Shown: positions 1 to 9,352 of the stretch, in pieces | Layout of the letters: each line of letters begins with the position of its first letter | Position numbering within the stretch: the stretch's first letter is position 1 | NCBI RefSeq assembly: GCF_008189405.1 | Contig: NZ_CP043316.1 | Span: forward strand, 450,001-482,000 | Source of the DNA: Candidatus Saccharimonadota bacterium | GTDB taxonomy: Bacteria; Pseudomonadota; Alphaproteobacteria; CAJXXZ01; 1604HC | Length of the DNA stretch: 32,000 nucleotides | Reading direction: 5' to 3' | Translations under genes and position numbers: made by a program | Notes under the pieces: generated by a model | Database searches by the model: none | What the model was told of the DNA's origin: nothing | What the model saw: only the letters and a program-made list of their open reading frames with translations

Positions 1-63
1 CTATAATTTATCACACTACTTCTGGTCTAAAACTCTATAAATTCAATTTGAACTGCGTAATTC

Positions 64-909
64 TCAATCTAAAATATCTAATATTCTGATAATCTCTGAT
101 CGCATTTTAGATCTATGTACAATCTTATCTATAAATCCATTGTTAAATTGGAAATCAGCACTTTGAAAATCATCTGGCAATTCTACTCTAATAGTTTGCT
201 GAATAACTCTTTTTCCTGCAAACCCTATTAATGCATCAGGTTCTGCTAAAGTAATAGTTCCTAACATTGCAAATGAAGCCTGCACACCACCAGTGGTAGG
301 GTCACATAATACAGAGATATATGGCAAACCAGCTTCCTTCACTTGCTTAATAGCAATAGTAGTACGAGCCATTTGAACTAAAGAAAACATTCCTTCTTGC
401 ATTCTAGCTCCACCAGAAGATGAAAATATAATTAAAGGGATTCCATTTTCTACAGCAAGATCAGCAGCATATACAATTGCATTTCCAAGTGCACGCCCCA
501 TAGACCCACCTATAAATTTAAAATTCATAGATAATGCAACTACTTTTTTACCTTCTACACTTCCAATTCCAATTAAGAAACAATCATCTGAATCACATAT
601 CTCTCTATACTTTTTCAATCTAGATTTATAAGAAATTTTATCAGTAAAATTAATAGGATCATCAGAGTATTTCTTAGGCTCTTCTACAACAAAACATTTC
701 TCAGATCCGAAAAATGCGCATAATCTCTGCTTAGCTGTCATTCGTTCATGGTGATCACAAATAGTACAAACTAATAAATTATCTTCTATTTGCTGCTTGA
801 AAATCATCTCTCCACATTTATTACATTTGTGCCAAAGGTTCTCTGGTATGCTAGAAGACTTTGTAGATCTAATTTTAGGAATCCAATTCGTTAACCAATT
901 CATTAACAC
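64..909 (-). CDS. accD: acetyl-CoA carboxylase carboxyltransferase beta subunit
   Basis: 281-aa ORF. N-terminal 4-Cys zinc ribbon (CNKCGEM...CTICDHH) followed by a carboxyltransferase core (GGSMG, SSSGGARMQEG). N-terminus MNWLTNW resembles alphaproteobacterial AccD. Confidence 0.95.
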   Translation of the reverse strand: MLMNWLTNWIPKIRSTKSSSIPENLWHKCNKCGEMIFKQQIEDNLLVCTICDHHERMTAKQRLCAFFGSEKCFVVEEPKKYSDDPINFTDKISYKSRLKKYREICDSDDCFLIGIGSVEGKKVVALSMNFKFIGGSMGRALGNAIVYAADLAVENGIPLIIFSSSGGARMQEGMFSLVQMARTTIAIKQVKEAGLPYISVLCDPTTGGVQASFAMLGTITLAEPDALIGFAGKRVIQQTIRVELPDDFQSADFQFNNGFIDKIVHRSKMRSEIIRILDILD

Positions 910-1132
910 AATTTTATGATAATTTATCTTTTTCTGCTAGTAACCATCAAATATCCTTCCCTGCTATATGATAAAATTAATAGTGACGCTATATTATTGT
1001 CCAATAATACTATTATCATAATAGGGTGAATTACATGTTATACCATAAAATTACAAAATCATGGCACAGTAAAAAAACAATATATAGTATAGTAAATGAA
1101 TACACAAATATGATACATATTACAATATACCA

Positions 1133-1765
1133 TCAAATCATATGCAAAATAGAGCTTATAAATATTAAAGAAGGGGCTTTTCGCTGCAGCATACACTGCA
1201 TATTAATATGAGATATAACATTAAAAACATCTACATATGATCTTTTGATTCTTTTAATCAGAAATTGAAATACATCATCATGTATATCTAATCCAAAATC
1301 TATACTCATCTTTCTCATAATTTCTATGCAAATTTCTTCAGTTGGGCTTGGAATATGCATAGATGTCATAGTGTTAAACCTAGATTGTATATCAGGAATA
1401 AATTGTTTTAAAATATTAGAATTTTCTATAAGCCATAATGTATGTGTTTTATGGTGCATAGAATTAAATAGAATATTAAATATATCTTCTTGTATAAAGC
1501 TCTCGATTTTATCTATTATTAGGGGTTGGGTATAGTCAATATTTTGTACATTTTTTATAAAAGAGGCATTTGTAAGTTTTTTCCATATATGCGCTAAATG
1601 GGTTTTGCCAGATTTTGGTTGGCCAATAAGTATAGTATGGTAATTCCACATATTCTGACTTTTAATCCATGAAATAACATGCCTATTTGTTTCATTAACA
1701 AAAAAACTGCTTTCTGAAAAATCAATATTCCATTGAAAATCTAATATCATTTGCATACAAGCCAT
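1133..1765 (-). CDS. DnaA-related AAA+ protein, Hda/HdaA-like regulatory inactivator of DnaA
   Basis: 210-aa ORF, the size expected for Hda. Walker A-like GQPKSGKTHLAHIW and a hydrophobic-D Walker B-like PLIIDKIE. The exact start is uncertain, with several Met near the N-terminus. Confidence 0.6.
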   Translation of the reverse strand: MACMQMILDFQWNIDFSESSFFVNETNRHVISWIKSQNMWNYHTILIGQPKSGKTHLAHIWKKLTNASFIKNVQNIDYTQPLIIDKIESFIQEDIFNILFNSMHHKTHTLWLIENSNILKQFIPDIQSRFNTMTSMHIPSPTEEICIEIMRKMSIDFGLDIHDDVFQFLIKRIKRSYVDVFNVISHINMQCMLQRKAPSLIFISSILHMI

Positions 1766-1949
1766 TTTTTATATGAAAACCACTTATGTATAAATTGATA
1801 TTTGTATTTATATACCCTATACCTAGAATTGAATCTTAATTTATATACCATACTGTACTTACATAGAATATATTGTATAACATATTGATGTAATGTTTTC
1901 GCCAAATTATATAGGTGTAATATGCATTTCAAGCTGTTTTGCTTATACT

Positions 1950-2918
1950 TCAAGACCATCTTCGCTTAATAATACCTGTTCTCCATACTGCTGCAAAAAT
2001 CACTGATAATGGCAATGTCAAAATAACACCACTAATGCCTAATATTTTTCCAAAAAGCAAAAATAGTATTAATAAGAATAATGGGTGAATCCCTGCTTTC
2101 TTACCTATAAATGATGGAACAATAAAAACATTTTCTAATATAAATCCTAATATTAAAATTATGAATGAATAAATTGAAAATTCAGAAATAAATGGCTGAT
2201 ATCCTGATAATACACTAAGCATAATTGCAGATGATAGCATATCTCCTATATAAGGAATAATGCTTAACATACTAAATGTAGATGCAAGCAAAAATGCAAA
2301 TGGCATGCTGATATATGTAAGGGATATGAAGTAATATATAAATAATGTGATGGTAACTAACATTTGCCCATAAATCCAAATCTTCAACGAATACATTAAA
2401 TCTTCAAACAATATATTTGTGGTGCTTTTATATTTTTCTGGAATAATGTTTAGCAGTCTTTCTCTCCATAATCCCCAATCTCTCAACATATAAAAACACA
2501 TCATTAATACAGTCATAAACTGGAAAATCAAACTCACAGCATCGTACCCATAGGCAGATGCTAAAGTAATTACTTTCTGCAAATTGGTTTTATTCAGTAA
2601 AATATAATCTAATGAGCTATTCTGATATCCTTCGAAAACATGCGAATACTTATCTATAATCAAACGAAAAACTGACTGTAAAAACTTAAATAAATCAATA
2701 CTTTGCATATATAATTTTGGCAAAGAATATATTAAGAATGAAATAAACAACATTGCACTTGATGCAACAACCATTAAAGATGCTAGAAACCTAGACAGTC
2801 CAATTTTCACCAACCGCTCATATATTGGAGATAAAATATATGATAATAAAAAAGAAGAAAATATCAATGTGATTACATCTAAAAAATAAAACACTATCCC
2901 TAATGTTAATATATTCAT
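1950..2918 (-). CDS. AI-2E family (PerM/UPF0118-like) integral membrane transporter
   Basis: 322-aa polytopic membrane protein with about 7-8 hydrophobic segments. The C-terminal GKILGISGVILTLPLSVIFAAVW is typical of the family. Assigned by recollection of family features, not by a search. Confidence 0.55.
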   Translation of the reverse strand: MNILTLGIVFYFLDVITLIFSSFLLSYILSPIYERLVKIGLSRFLASLMVVASSAMLFISFLIYSLPKLYMQSIDLFKFLQSVFRLIIDKYSHVFEGYQNSSLDYILLNKTNLQKVITLASAYGYDAVSLIFQFMTVLMMCFYMLRDWGLWRERLLNIIPEKYKSTTNILFEDLMYSLKIWIYGQMLVTITLFIYYFISLTYISMPFAFLLASTFSMLSIIPYIGDMLSSAIMLSVLSGYQPFISEFSIYSFIILILGFILENVFIVPSFIGKKAGIHPLFLLILFLLFGKILGISGVILTLPLSVIFAAVWRTGIIKRRWS

Positions 2919-2934
2919 CTAAATATCCTTATAC

Positions 2935-3432
2935 TCATCTAAACACTCTTTTATAATAATCTAGTATATTGACTATAATCATTCCAACACACAATACATA
3001 TAGTCTATACATACAAAATGGACATGTTTCATGCAGTGAAATAAATATAGTACTTCCCACAACTACAGCTGTTAATTTACCAGACCATGTCGCTTTGAAT
3101 CTATCAATCTTTTTATACAGCATATATAAAAACGCAGCAAAAAATATCATATCTCTAATTAGTATGATTGATATAAACCATGCAGGAATTATATCATTAA
3201 GGTATAGTTTCAATATAACTAAAATCCAAAATATTTTATCGACTATAGGGTCTAATATCTCTCCTAACTTTGATGTCATATGAAAAGCACGAGCGATAAA
3301 TCCATCCAAAACATCGCTTAATGCACCTAATAAAATAAGTGGAGAAGCATGTTTTGGATAAAGCATAAAAAACAAAACCCCTAAAACCAATCTCGATACT
3401 GTGATCAAATTAGGGATTAAGTGCATTAGCAA
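2935..3432 (-). CDS. pgsA: CDP-alcohol phosphatidyltransferase (CDP-diacylglycerol--glycerol-3-phosphate 3-phosphatidyltransferase-like)
   Basis: Canonical D(x)2DG(x)2AR(x)8G(x)3D(x)3D motif present as [26 protein letters not shown]. Small 165-aa membrane protein. Its start overlaps the ndk stop by 7 nt. Confidence 0.8.
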   Translation of the reverse strand: MLMHLIPNLITVSRLVLGVLFFMLYPKHASPLILLGALSDVLDGFIARAFHMTSKLGEILDPIVDKIFWILVILKLYLNDIIPAWFISIILIRDMIFFAAFLYMLYKKIDRFKATWSGKLTAVVVGSTIFISLHETCPFCMYRLYVLCVGMIIVNILDYYKRVFR

Positions 3433-3845
3433 ATTTCCAATTCAGAGAAGAAAAATGAAATTTCTCTTTTTGCACTATCTTCAGAGTCAGAACCATGTAC
3501 TGCATTATTATCAATTGAATCTCCGTACATCTTTCTAATTGTTCCTTCATCAGACTCAGATGGATTTGTTGCTCCCATCAAATCTCTATTCGCTTTAATA
3601 GCATTATCTTTTTCAAGAACTTGCACAACAACAGGGCCTGAACACATAAAATCACATAAATCACCATAAAATGGTCTTGCAGAATGTTCCTTATAAAATT
3701 CTTGAGCTTGCAATTTAGACAAGTGAATTTTCTTCATAGCAACAATTTTAAATCCATTAGATTCAAACATATTGATAATATTTCCTGACACACTTTTTTT
3801 AATAGCATCTGGCTTAATAATAGATAAAGTTCTTTGAATATTCAT
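3426..3845 (-). CDS. ndk: nucleoside diphosphate kinase
   Basis: 139 aa. [14 protein letters not shown] and the active-site NAVHGSDS motif. Collinear with bacterial Ndk end to end. Confidence 0.95.
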   Translation of the reverse strand: MNIQRTLSIIKPDAIKKSVSGNIINMFESNGFKIVAMKKIHLSKLQAQEFYKEHSARPFYGDLCDFMCSGPVVVQVLEKDNAIKANRDLMGATNPSESDEGTIRKMYGDSIDNNAVHGSDSEDSAKREISFFFSELEIC

Positions 3846-4020
3846 AACGTAATTCTATATGTTTACCCAATTTGATTCAAGCATTTACACTTAACAAATT
3901 TGCCTCAAACCATTGAATAAGAAACTTGATAAAAACTTATATAGCTATTTAATTATGCAATTCAAATATCTACGCCATTTCTATTTGCTCTTCCGGAGAA
4001 AACCTATTAATATAATCAAT

Positions 4021-4346
4021 GGAAGCTTAGTTGTCGCTATGATTAGAGGAAAGTCCGGGCTCCATGGAGAAAAGGTGCCGGTTAATGGCCGGCGAGTGTA
4101 AAAACTTAGGGAAAGTGCCACAGAAAATATACCTCCTACTGAAAAGTTGGGAAGGGTGAAATGGTGCGGTAAGAGCGCACCGCTGATTTGGCAACAGATC
4201 AGGCATGGCAAACCCCACCTGGAGCAAATTTAAGCAAAGAGTTGGTTCTTCACTAATGCTCTTGGGTTAAATGCTATAATTTTACAGCAATGTAAAATAG
4301 AGACAAATGACAACTTAATACAAAACCCGGCTTATAAGCTTCTATT
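4021..4346 (+). ncRNA. rnpB: RNase P RNA (bacterial type A), compact
   Basis: GGAAGCTTA at the 5' end pairs with TAAGCTTC at the 3' end (P1). Universally conserved GAGGAAAGTCCGGGCTCC, GGGTGAAATGGTGCGGTAAGAGCGCACC and ACAAAACCCGGCTTA blocks are present, collinear with E. coli M1 RNA. Locally GC-rich. The ORFs at 3913-4227 are artefacts of this RNA. Confidence 0.92.
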
Positions 4347-4391
4347 AAAAAATCATTATTAGTTAAACAGTATTTTATGCTATACTAAACC

Positions 4392-5660
4392 ATGAAACAT
4401 TATATAATTATACTAATGATGCAAAGCATTGCGTCTACAGGCCCATATTATTTTGGAGTAAATGATGGGAATTCTCACATAGAAAATGCAAGCCCTGTTA
4501 TGCCTTATAGGCTTCAATGCGAACATTTTAGCGCTTATGAGAGAATGTCAATAAATGATAGGAAAAATACAGATCATAAAAACCAGCAGTTCCAAATTGA
4601 TTGTTTTTTAAACATGTATAATAATATACAGAAACTAGTGGCTATATATAGATTATTTAATCATGATGATAAGGTTATATCACAAATCACACGCAACCTA
4701 ACTGAGCAATTTATTAGCGATCAAGAAGAAATCAAATCATATTATAAGAAAACAGAATCTGCATTAAAATTATGTGGTTATTCTAGTAAATTATTGGATC
4801 AATTCAATAAAAATAGAAAAACATATCCTTCTAATAATTTTATAGCAGCAGGAAATGCAATTATGCAAAGAATAAAAGCATATGAGCATGTAGTAGCATA
4901 TAACTTATTGCAATATTTAGGGGATGATTATTCAGATATATTAAATGTTGAAGCAAACTATTCAAATGCACTATTAAAAAACCTACCTAATAACGAAGAT
5001 CATAAGCATAGCAGTGATGATAAATATATAATTCCATATTCATTAACAAGCCATTTATTGAAAAGAGATAAAGATTTCTTAGATAAAGTCAAATATAGAA
5101 TTACAGGATATAGCGATGAGGATGAACACTCTTATAGATTAAGTCAAGATGGATCATTAATAATTCATAGCATACAAGGAGATATTAATTTAACTCAATA
5201 CTATGCATTCGCAAAAATATCACTATATATTAATTCTAAAGATAGCATAATTAATATCACTCCATGTTATTTATATAGAAGTCAAACACAAAGATTAAAT
5301 ATTAATGGGGAGTGTAAAATGGTTAACATAGCAAGAGATAGAGAGATGCACGAATGTATTGATTTATCAAATCTAAATGCTAAACAAGCAAATCTTAACC
5401 AACAGTATGAAACTATTATATTAGCGAAAACAAATATAGATGAATTAAATATATATCACAGCTCTCGTATTATAATCAATTTAGATACATATGATATGAT
5501 AGAATTAACATATCATAATAATGGAGAATTAATTAAAAAATCATTAAAAGGCAACAATGAACGTACATTTAACACATACCATATCAATATAAATAACCGT
5601 CAAGATGTTCATATTACATATATAACAACCTCTAAATCACAAACCTCTACTGTATTATAG
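4392..5660 (+). CDS. hypothetical protein (orphan, N/K/Y-rich, no recognisable domain)
   Basis: 422-aa uninterrupted ORF in an AT-rich background where long ORFs are unlikely by chance. No motif recognised. Its last ~17 codons fall within a segment that is duplicated at 7532. Confidence 0.6.
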   Translation: MKHYIIILMMQSIASTGPYYFGVNDGNSHIENASPVMPYRLQCEHFSAYERMSINDRKNTDHKNQQFQIDCFLNMYNNIQKLVAIYRLFNHDDKVISQITRNLTEQFISDQEEIKSYYKKTESALKLCGYSSKLLDQFNKNRKTYPSNNFIAAGNAIMQRIKAYEHVVAYNLLQYLGDDYSDILNVEANYSNALLKNLPNNEDHKHSSDDKYIIPYSLTSHLLKRDKDFLDKVKYRITGYSDEDEHSYRLSQDGSLIIHSIQGDINLTQYYAFAKISLYINSKDSIINITPCYLYRSQTQRLNINGECKMVNIARDREMHECIDLSNLNAKQANLNQQYETIILAKTNIDELNIYHSSRIIINLDTYDMIELTYHNNGELIKKSLKGNNERTFNTYHININNRQDVHITYITTSKSQTSTVL

Positions 5661-5796
5661 CAATATATAACATAATTGCTGATTTCTATATATATAGAAA
5701 TATATCAAATCTAATACTATAACTATATATCAATCCATATGTATATATCTAAAACATTATTATTTAATATTCACAAAGCTATATATTTATAAACAC
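5611..5796. repeat. dispersed repeat copy A (3' end of ORF 4392-5660 plus downstream spacer)
   Basis: atattacatatataacaac(ctc)taaatcacaaacct(c)ta(c)tgtattatagcaatatata and the terminal tattcacaaa(g/t)ctatatatt(t/c)ataaa recur in the same order at 7532-7730. The middle is diverged and I did not align it base by base. Confidence 0.6.
5683..5700. repeat. perfect 18-bp palindrome TTTCTATATATATAGAAA
   Basis: Read directly; the sequence equals its own reverse complement. Its arms (TTTCTATA / TATAGAAA) match the TTTCTATAGG core of the protease-family leaders. Confidence 0.8.
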
Positions 5797-6023
5797 ATTA
5801 TTCATCATGTTATATAGTTCATATATATGAGATTCTCTGTTTTTATACCTATAATATGGCATATATGTGCAAGATTAATTCAATGTTTAATCATGCTTTG
5901 AGCAAACATATATTGTTTATATGATATATGTGATTCGTATAAAGTTGTTAATAGTTCATACTGTACAATTCATATGCATATTGCTCTAAGGTTTTCTAGA
6001 ATTGTTTGTATGGATTATGGATT

Positions 6024-7064
6024 TTATATTGCTGAAAGAATATAGTTAGGATTTGCAAAGTCATTAAATGCTTTATCACAAAATGTCATTAGATATCGAT
6101 TTCTAATCCCATTATTGATAAATGGCATATTATATTTAATACTTGTTCCAAAATTTAATTTACCCCTATTATATGCATGCACTCCAACTACAGAATGATC
6201 CCCTGCTAACATATTATAGCACATCCACTGCTTCCTGATTCTGTATCTGCTGTATGGCATAATATTATTATATTCTGTCGCTTCACCATAAGACACACTT
6301 TTATATCTACCTCTAGGACAACTAGAAGTTCTTATCTTTCCAAGTGTATGACTTGTACTTAGTTTCAAAAAATTATTTTGTGGATGATCAGCAAATAGCA
6401 ATGCTATATCATGCTTTTCATTTTCCATCCATTTTGGATGAATATAATAATAATTCAACCTAAAAGATTCAAGTTTAAATTTTTCATATTTAATAAGATA
6501 ATAATCATTAATATAGTTTAATAACACATATATCGATTCTGTAATATCAATTCCAAAAATTATTTTTTTAGTTAATAGCCATGAATTTATAGGTTTCATA
6601 ATATCATATCCTAAAACATCAAGCTTAAACTCAGTACTATCTAGTGATTGCTTATAATAACATACATTAGAGGCTGCATTATTTTGACTATACAAATTAT
6701 GCCCTGCAATCATAATCATAGTTTGATTAATAAAAAACCCACTGCCATTATAATACATATTTTCTATATTTTCTGAATAATCTTTATATTCCATTAATAA
6801 TCTTACACAAGCTGAATCTGGCAATTCATTTGATTGATCAGCGTTAAGAATATGAAATGCATCTTCAATTGGTTTCCCAGATAAGATCGCTTGTAAGCTT
6901 CTAACTTCTGAGCTATCTACATTTTTAACAGAATCATCAGAAAGAACAACTATATCACTGTGCACATTTGCATAACGATGTTCATTTACATTGCATAAAT
7001 CTGAAAACATACAATTTACATTGCATGAACCTAATAAACCACAAAACAGCAAACTAATATCCAC
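6024..7064 (-). CDS. divergent S1B-like protease paralog with a degenerate active site (possible pseudoprotease or decaying gene)
   Basis: It keeps family landmarks: LPDSACVRLLMEY, GSGFFINQTMIMIAGHNLY (His box) and HDIALLF (Asp box). The TLPGNSGSPI Ser box is replaced by NMLAGDHS just before VVGVHAY. There is a large insertion between the His and Asp boxes. The start is GTG, with no family SD/leader and no N-module. Confidence 0.5.
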   Translation of the reverse strand: MDISLLFCGLLGSCNVNCMFSDLCNVNEHRYANVHSDIVVLSDDSVKNVDSSEVRSLQAILSGKPIEDAFHILNADQSNELPDSACVRLLMEYKDYSENIENMYYNGSGFFINQTMIMIAGHNLYSQNNAASNVCYYKQSLDSTEFKLDVLGYDIMKPINSWLLTKKIIFGIDITESIYVLLNYINDYYLIKYEKFKLESFRLNYYYIHPKWMENEKHDIALLFADHPQNNFLKLSTSHTLGKIRTSSCPRGRYKSVSYGEATEYNNIMPYSRYRIRKQWMCYNMLAGDHSVVGVHAYNRGKLNFGTSIKYNMPFINNGIRNRYLMTFCDKAFNDFANPNYILSAI

Positions 7065-7163
7065 ATATATATTAAAACTATATTAACAACATATCAATCA
7101 TTGTTAAATGCAATTAAACAATACATAATTGATAAAGTATCAATCCTACTATTTTATTATTTG

Positions 7164-7481
7164 CTACCTATTCATATTATATTTTTCTATTAATCCCATA
7201 ATATAACCACTAATTCCTTTATATTGCATATTAACATCAGTGTTGCTTGTTTTGTTTGTGTAATAATACATATCTCTCTTTTTATCTAAAAATGGCCCTT
7301 CCCATTCACTTGGATTAAAAGTAAAAGGTGTGCTTTCAGCTGTGGGACCATTAATCTTTGGCATTGTAATATTCACGATCCCATCTTCACCTACATTTAC
7401 ATATTGGCTTTTGAATTGTCCATCATTAGTGCTATTTAAAACACATGTAATAAAACTAACACACATAAAAGTCTTACTCAT
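7164..7481 (-). CDS. family N-module-only protein (signal-like N-terminus plus EWEGPFLD module, no protease core)
   Basis: 105 aa: MSKTFMCVSFITCVL..., then YVNVGEDGIVNITMP...NPSEWEGPFLDKKRDMYYY. This matches the N-terminal ~100 aa of the proteases at 7769 and 18151. It has the family leader GTTTCTATAGGGGGGTAATATG. Confidence 0.65.
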   Translation of the reverse strand: MSKTFMCVSFITCVLNSTNDGQFKSQYVNVGEDGIVNITMPKINGPTAESTPFTFNPSEWEGPFLDKKRDMYYYTNKTSNTDVNMQYKGISGYIMGLIEKYNMNR

Positions 7482-7531
7482 ATTACCCCCCTATAGAAAC
7501 ATATTAGCTTCTATCCGGCATAATAGCATGA

Positions 7532-7730
7532 ATATTACATATATAACAACTAAATCACAAACCTATATGTATTATAGCAATATATATGATTACTGAATTA
7601 TATTATATATAAAATATTGATATTATGGCTAATTACATAATAAACATATATATATCAAAATACATAATAAACCCATATATATCAAAAGCATCATTGGTTA
7701 GTATTCACAAATCTATATATTCATAAAAAC
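7532..7730. repeat. dispersed repeat copy B (non-coding relic of the 5611-5796 segment)
   Basis: Shares the blocks quoted for copy A. Here the former coding part is out of frame and degenerate. Confidence 0.6.
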
Positions 7731-7768
7731 TATGCACACTGCACACAGAATTTATTGATATATTACAA

Positions 7769-8992
7769 TCAAGCAGTTCGTTGTCTTTTAGCGTCAGGAT
7801 TATCACCACTCGCGTTGATATCACTATTATGATCTACTTGCTCTTTTAGCTTATTTACTTCATCTTTTGTAAGTATTTTAGCTACTCTCATAACCAAATC
7901 TATACCAGCACTATTAGCCAACAAACTTTTAACCATATCAGTTTCCTTATTTCGTTCTGCTTTTGCAATTTCACTATCTTGATTGTATGATTTTTTGAAT
8001 TTATCATTTCCCGCTATATCTTGGTTATATTTCTCTATACTATCATCTATAAATTGCAATATACTTTTCTTAACTCTTACACCTTTATTATAATCTTCCT
8101 TATCACTTTTTCCTCTTGTATGCACACCTAATACACATTCATTTTCTGCAGATATGATTGGGCCACCACTATTTCCAGGCAATGTATCTGCTTTATGTTT
8201 TAGAACTGCACCATCATATTGAGTATCGCTACCTTCTGTTTTGCGCATCTCATCGCATCCCTTTGGGTATCCAACTACTTTTACATTTTGGTCTTTTGCT
8301 AATTGTAATGTAAGCTTATCTGCTTCTGCTTGCGCAAAAAACAATAATGCCACATCGTAATTATCATCCAAACCCTTCTCCCATTCTGGATGAATGTAGT
8401 AATGAGAACATTCGTTACCAAGGTCTTTTTTATCATCTGATTTAGCGCAAAAGTACGCATGAGCCGCTCTAATCTTATTTTTATTTGGTTTGGCAGCGCT
8501 AAAATTCTTGGTTAACACATTATGTGCTGCTGTCATCACTATGTTTTTATTGATTAAAAATCCACTTCCTACATAATTGCGCTTATGACCTTCTACTGCA
8601 TATGTAACTCTTACTTTTCCACATGATGAATATGGCATAGTCTTTAATTCATCACTCTTGATTAATTTAAATATTTCATCAAATTTGCTTTTGTCTGACA
8701 GAATAGATTCTAATGCCTCAGATTCTTCGACTTGATGCTCATGATCCTCTTTTTTTATATAATAAGGTGCAAAAGAATCGAAAAATGGACCCTCCCATTC
8801 ATCTGGATCAATAGTATTTGTCTGGTATGTATCTACAGATTGCTTATTAGGACTTCTAATAGTTACCTTCCCATCACCACATGCATTCACATAAACTCCA
8901 TGAAATGTCGATTCAGATGAAACTTCCGATTCCGAATCAGGCATACCATCTATTATACCTGCAATCAAACAAGCACATAAAATCTTATTCAT
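7769..8992 (-). CDS. secreted V8/S1B-like serine protease with N-module and a basic-ended C-terminal tail
   Basis: 407 aa. Signal-like MNKILCACLIAGIIDG. N-module YVNACGDGKVTI...DPDEWEGPFFD. Catalytic boxes NIVMTAAHNV (His), YDVALLFF (Asp) and TLPGNSGGPII...LGVHTRG (Ser). Tail MVKSLLANSAGIDLVMRVAKILTKDEVNKLKEQV, ending PDAKRQRTA. Confidence 0.85.
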   Translation of the reverse strand: MNKILCACLIAGIIDGMPDSESEVSSESTFHGVYVNACGDGKVTIRSPNKQSVDTYQTNTIDPDEWEGPFFDSFAPYYIKKEDHEHQVEESEALESILSDKSKFDEIFKLIKSDELKTMPYSSCGKVRVTYAVEGHKRNYVGSGFLINKNIVMTAAHNVLTKNFSAAKPNKNKIRAAHAYFCAKSDDKKDLGNECSHYYIHPEWEKGLDDNYDVALLFFAQAEADKLTLQLAKDQNVKVVGYPKGCDEMRKTEGSDTQYDGAVLKHKADTLPGNSGGPIISAENECVLGVHTRGKSDKEDYNKGVRVKKSILQFIDDSIEKYNQDIAGNDKFKKSYNQDSEIAKAERNKETDMVKSLLANSAGIDLVMRVAKILTKDEVNKLKEQVDHNSDINASGDNPDAKRQRTA

Positions 8993-9352
8993 ATTCTCCC
9001 CCTATAAAAGCAAGCGCCTTCCACAATAATTATACTATCATTCTATATATATATGCAATAGAATCTTGTGCAGATTTCCCTTCTACACATTGGCTTTATT
9101 TAGCATAACAGCATCAATATTACCACAAGAAACCAAATCAAAATAAATACAATTCAGTACTTAAAGATCTCAATTGTTTGTATCTAGCCTAATAACATAC
9201 TAATGTTTATAGAATAAATAAGAAAATTTATTCCCCAACCGACTTAATTTGCATCTAGCATTTCTTGTAAGCAAAACCATTATTAGCACACTCACATCAT
9301 ACTATTCATATAAAGAACCCAGTATAATTTTCATTATGCTTAAAGAGCTTTA

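Noticed and set aside
1026-1959. Small ORFs 1026-1211 (+), 1326-1535 (+) and 1747-1959 (-)
   Set aside because: They overlap the hda-like gene or its short AT-rich flanks. Their translations are Y/K/I-rich low-complexity strings typical of random AT-rich frames.
3913-4227. Three overlapping ORFs (3913-4101 +, 3981-4211 -, 4027-4227 -) in a GC-rich patch
   Set aside because: The patch is the RNase P RNA gene. The ORFs are by-products of its GC-rich, stop-poor sequence and have no SD or coding features.
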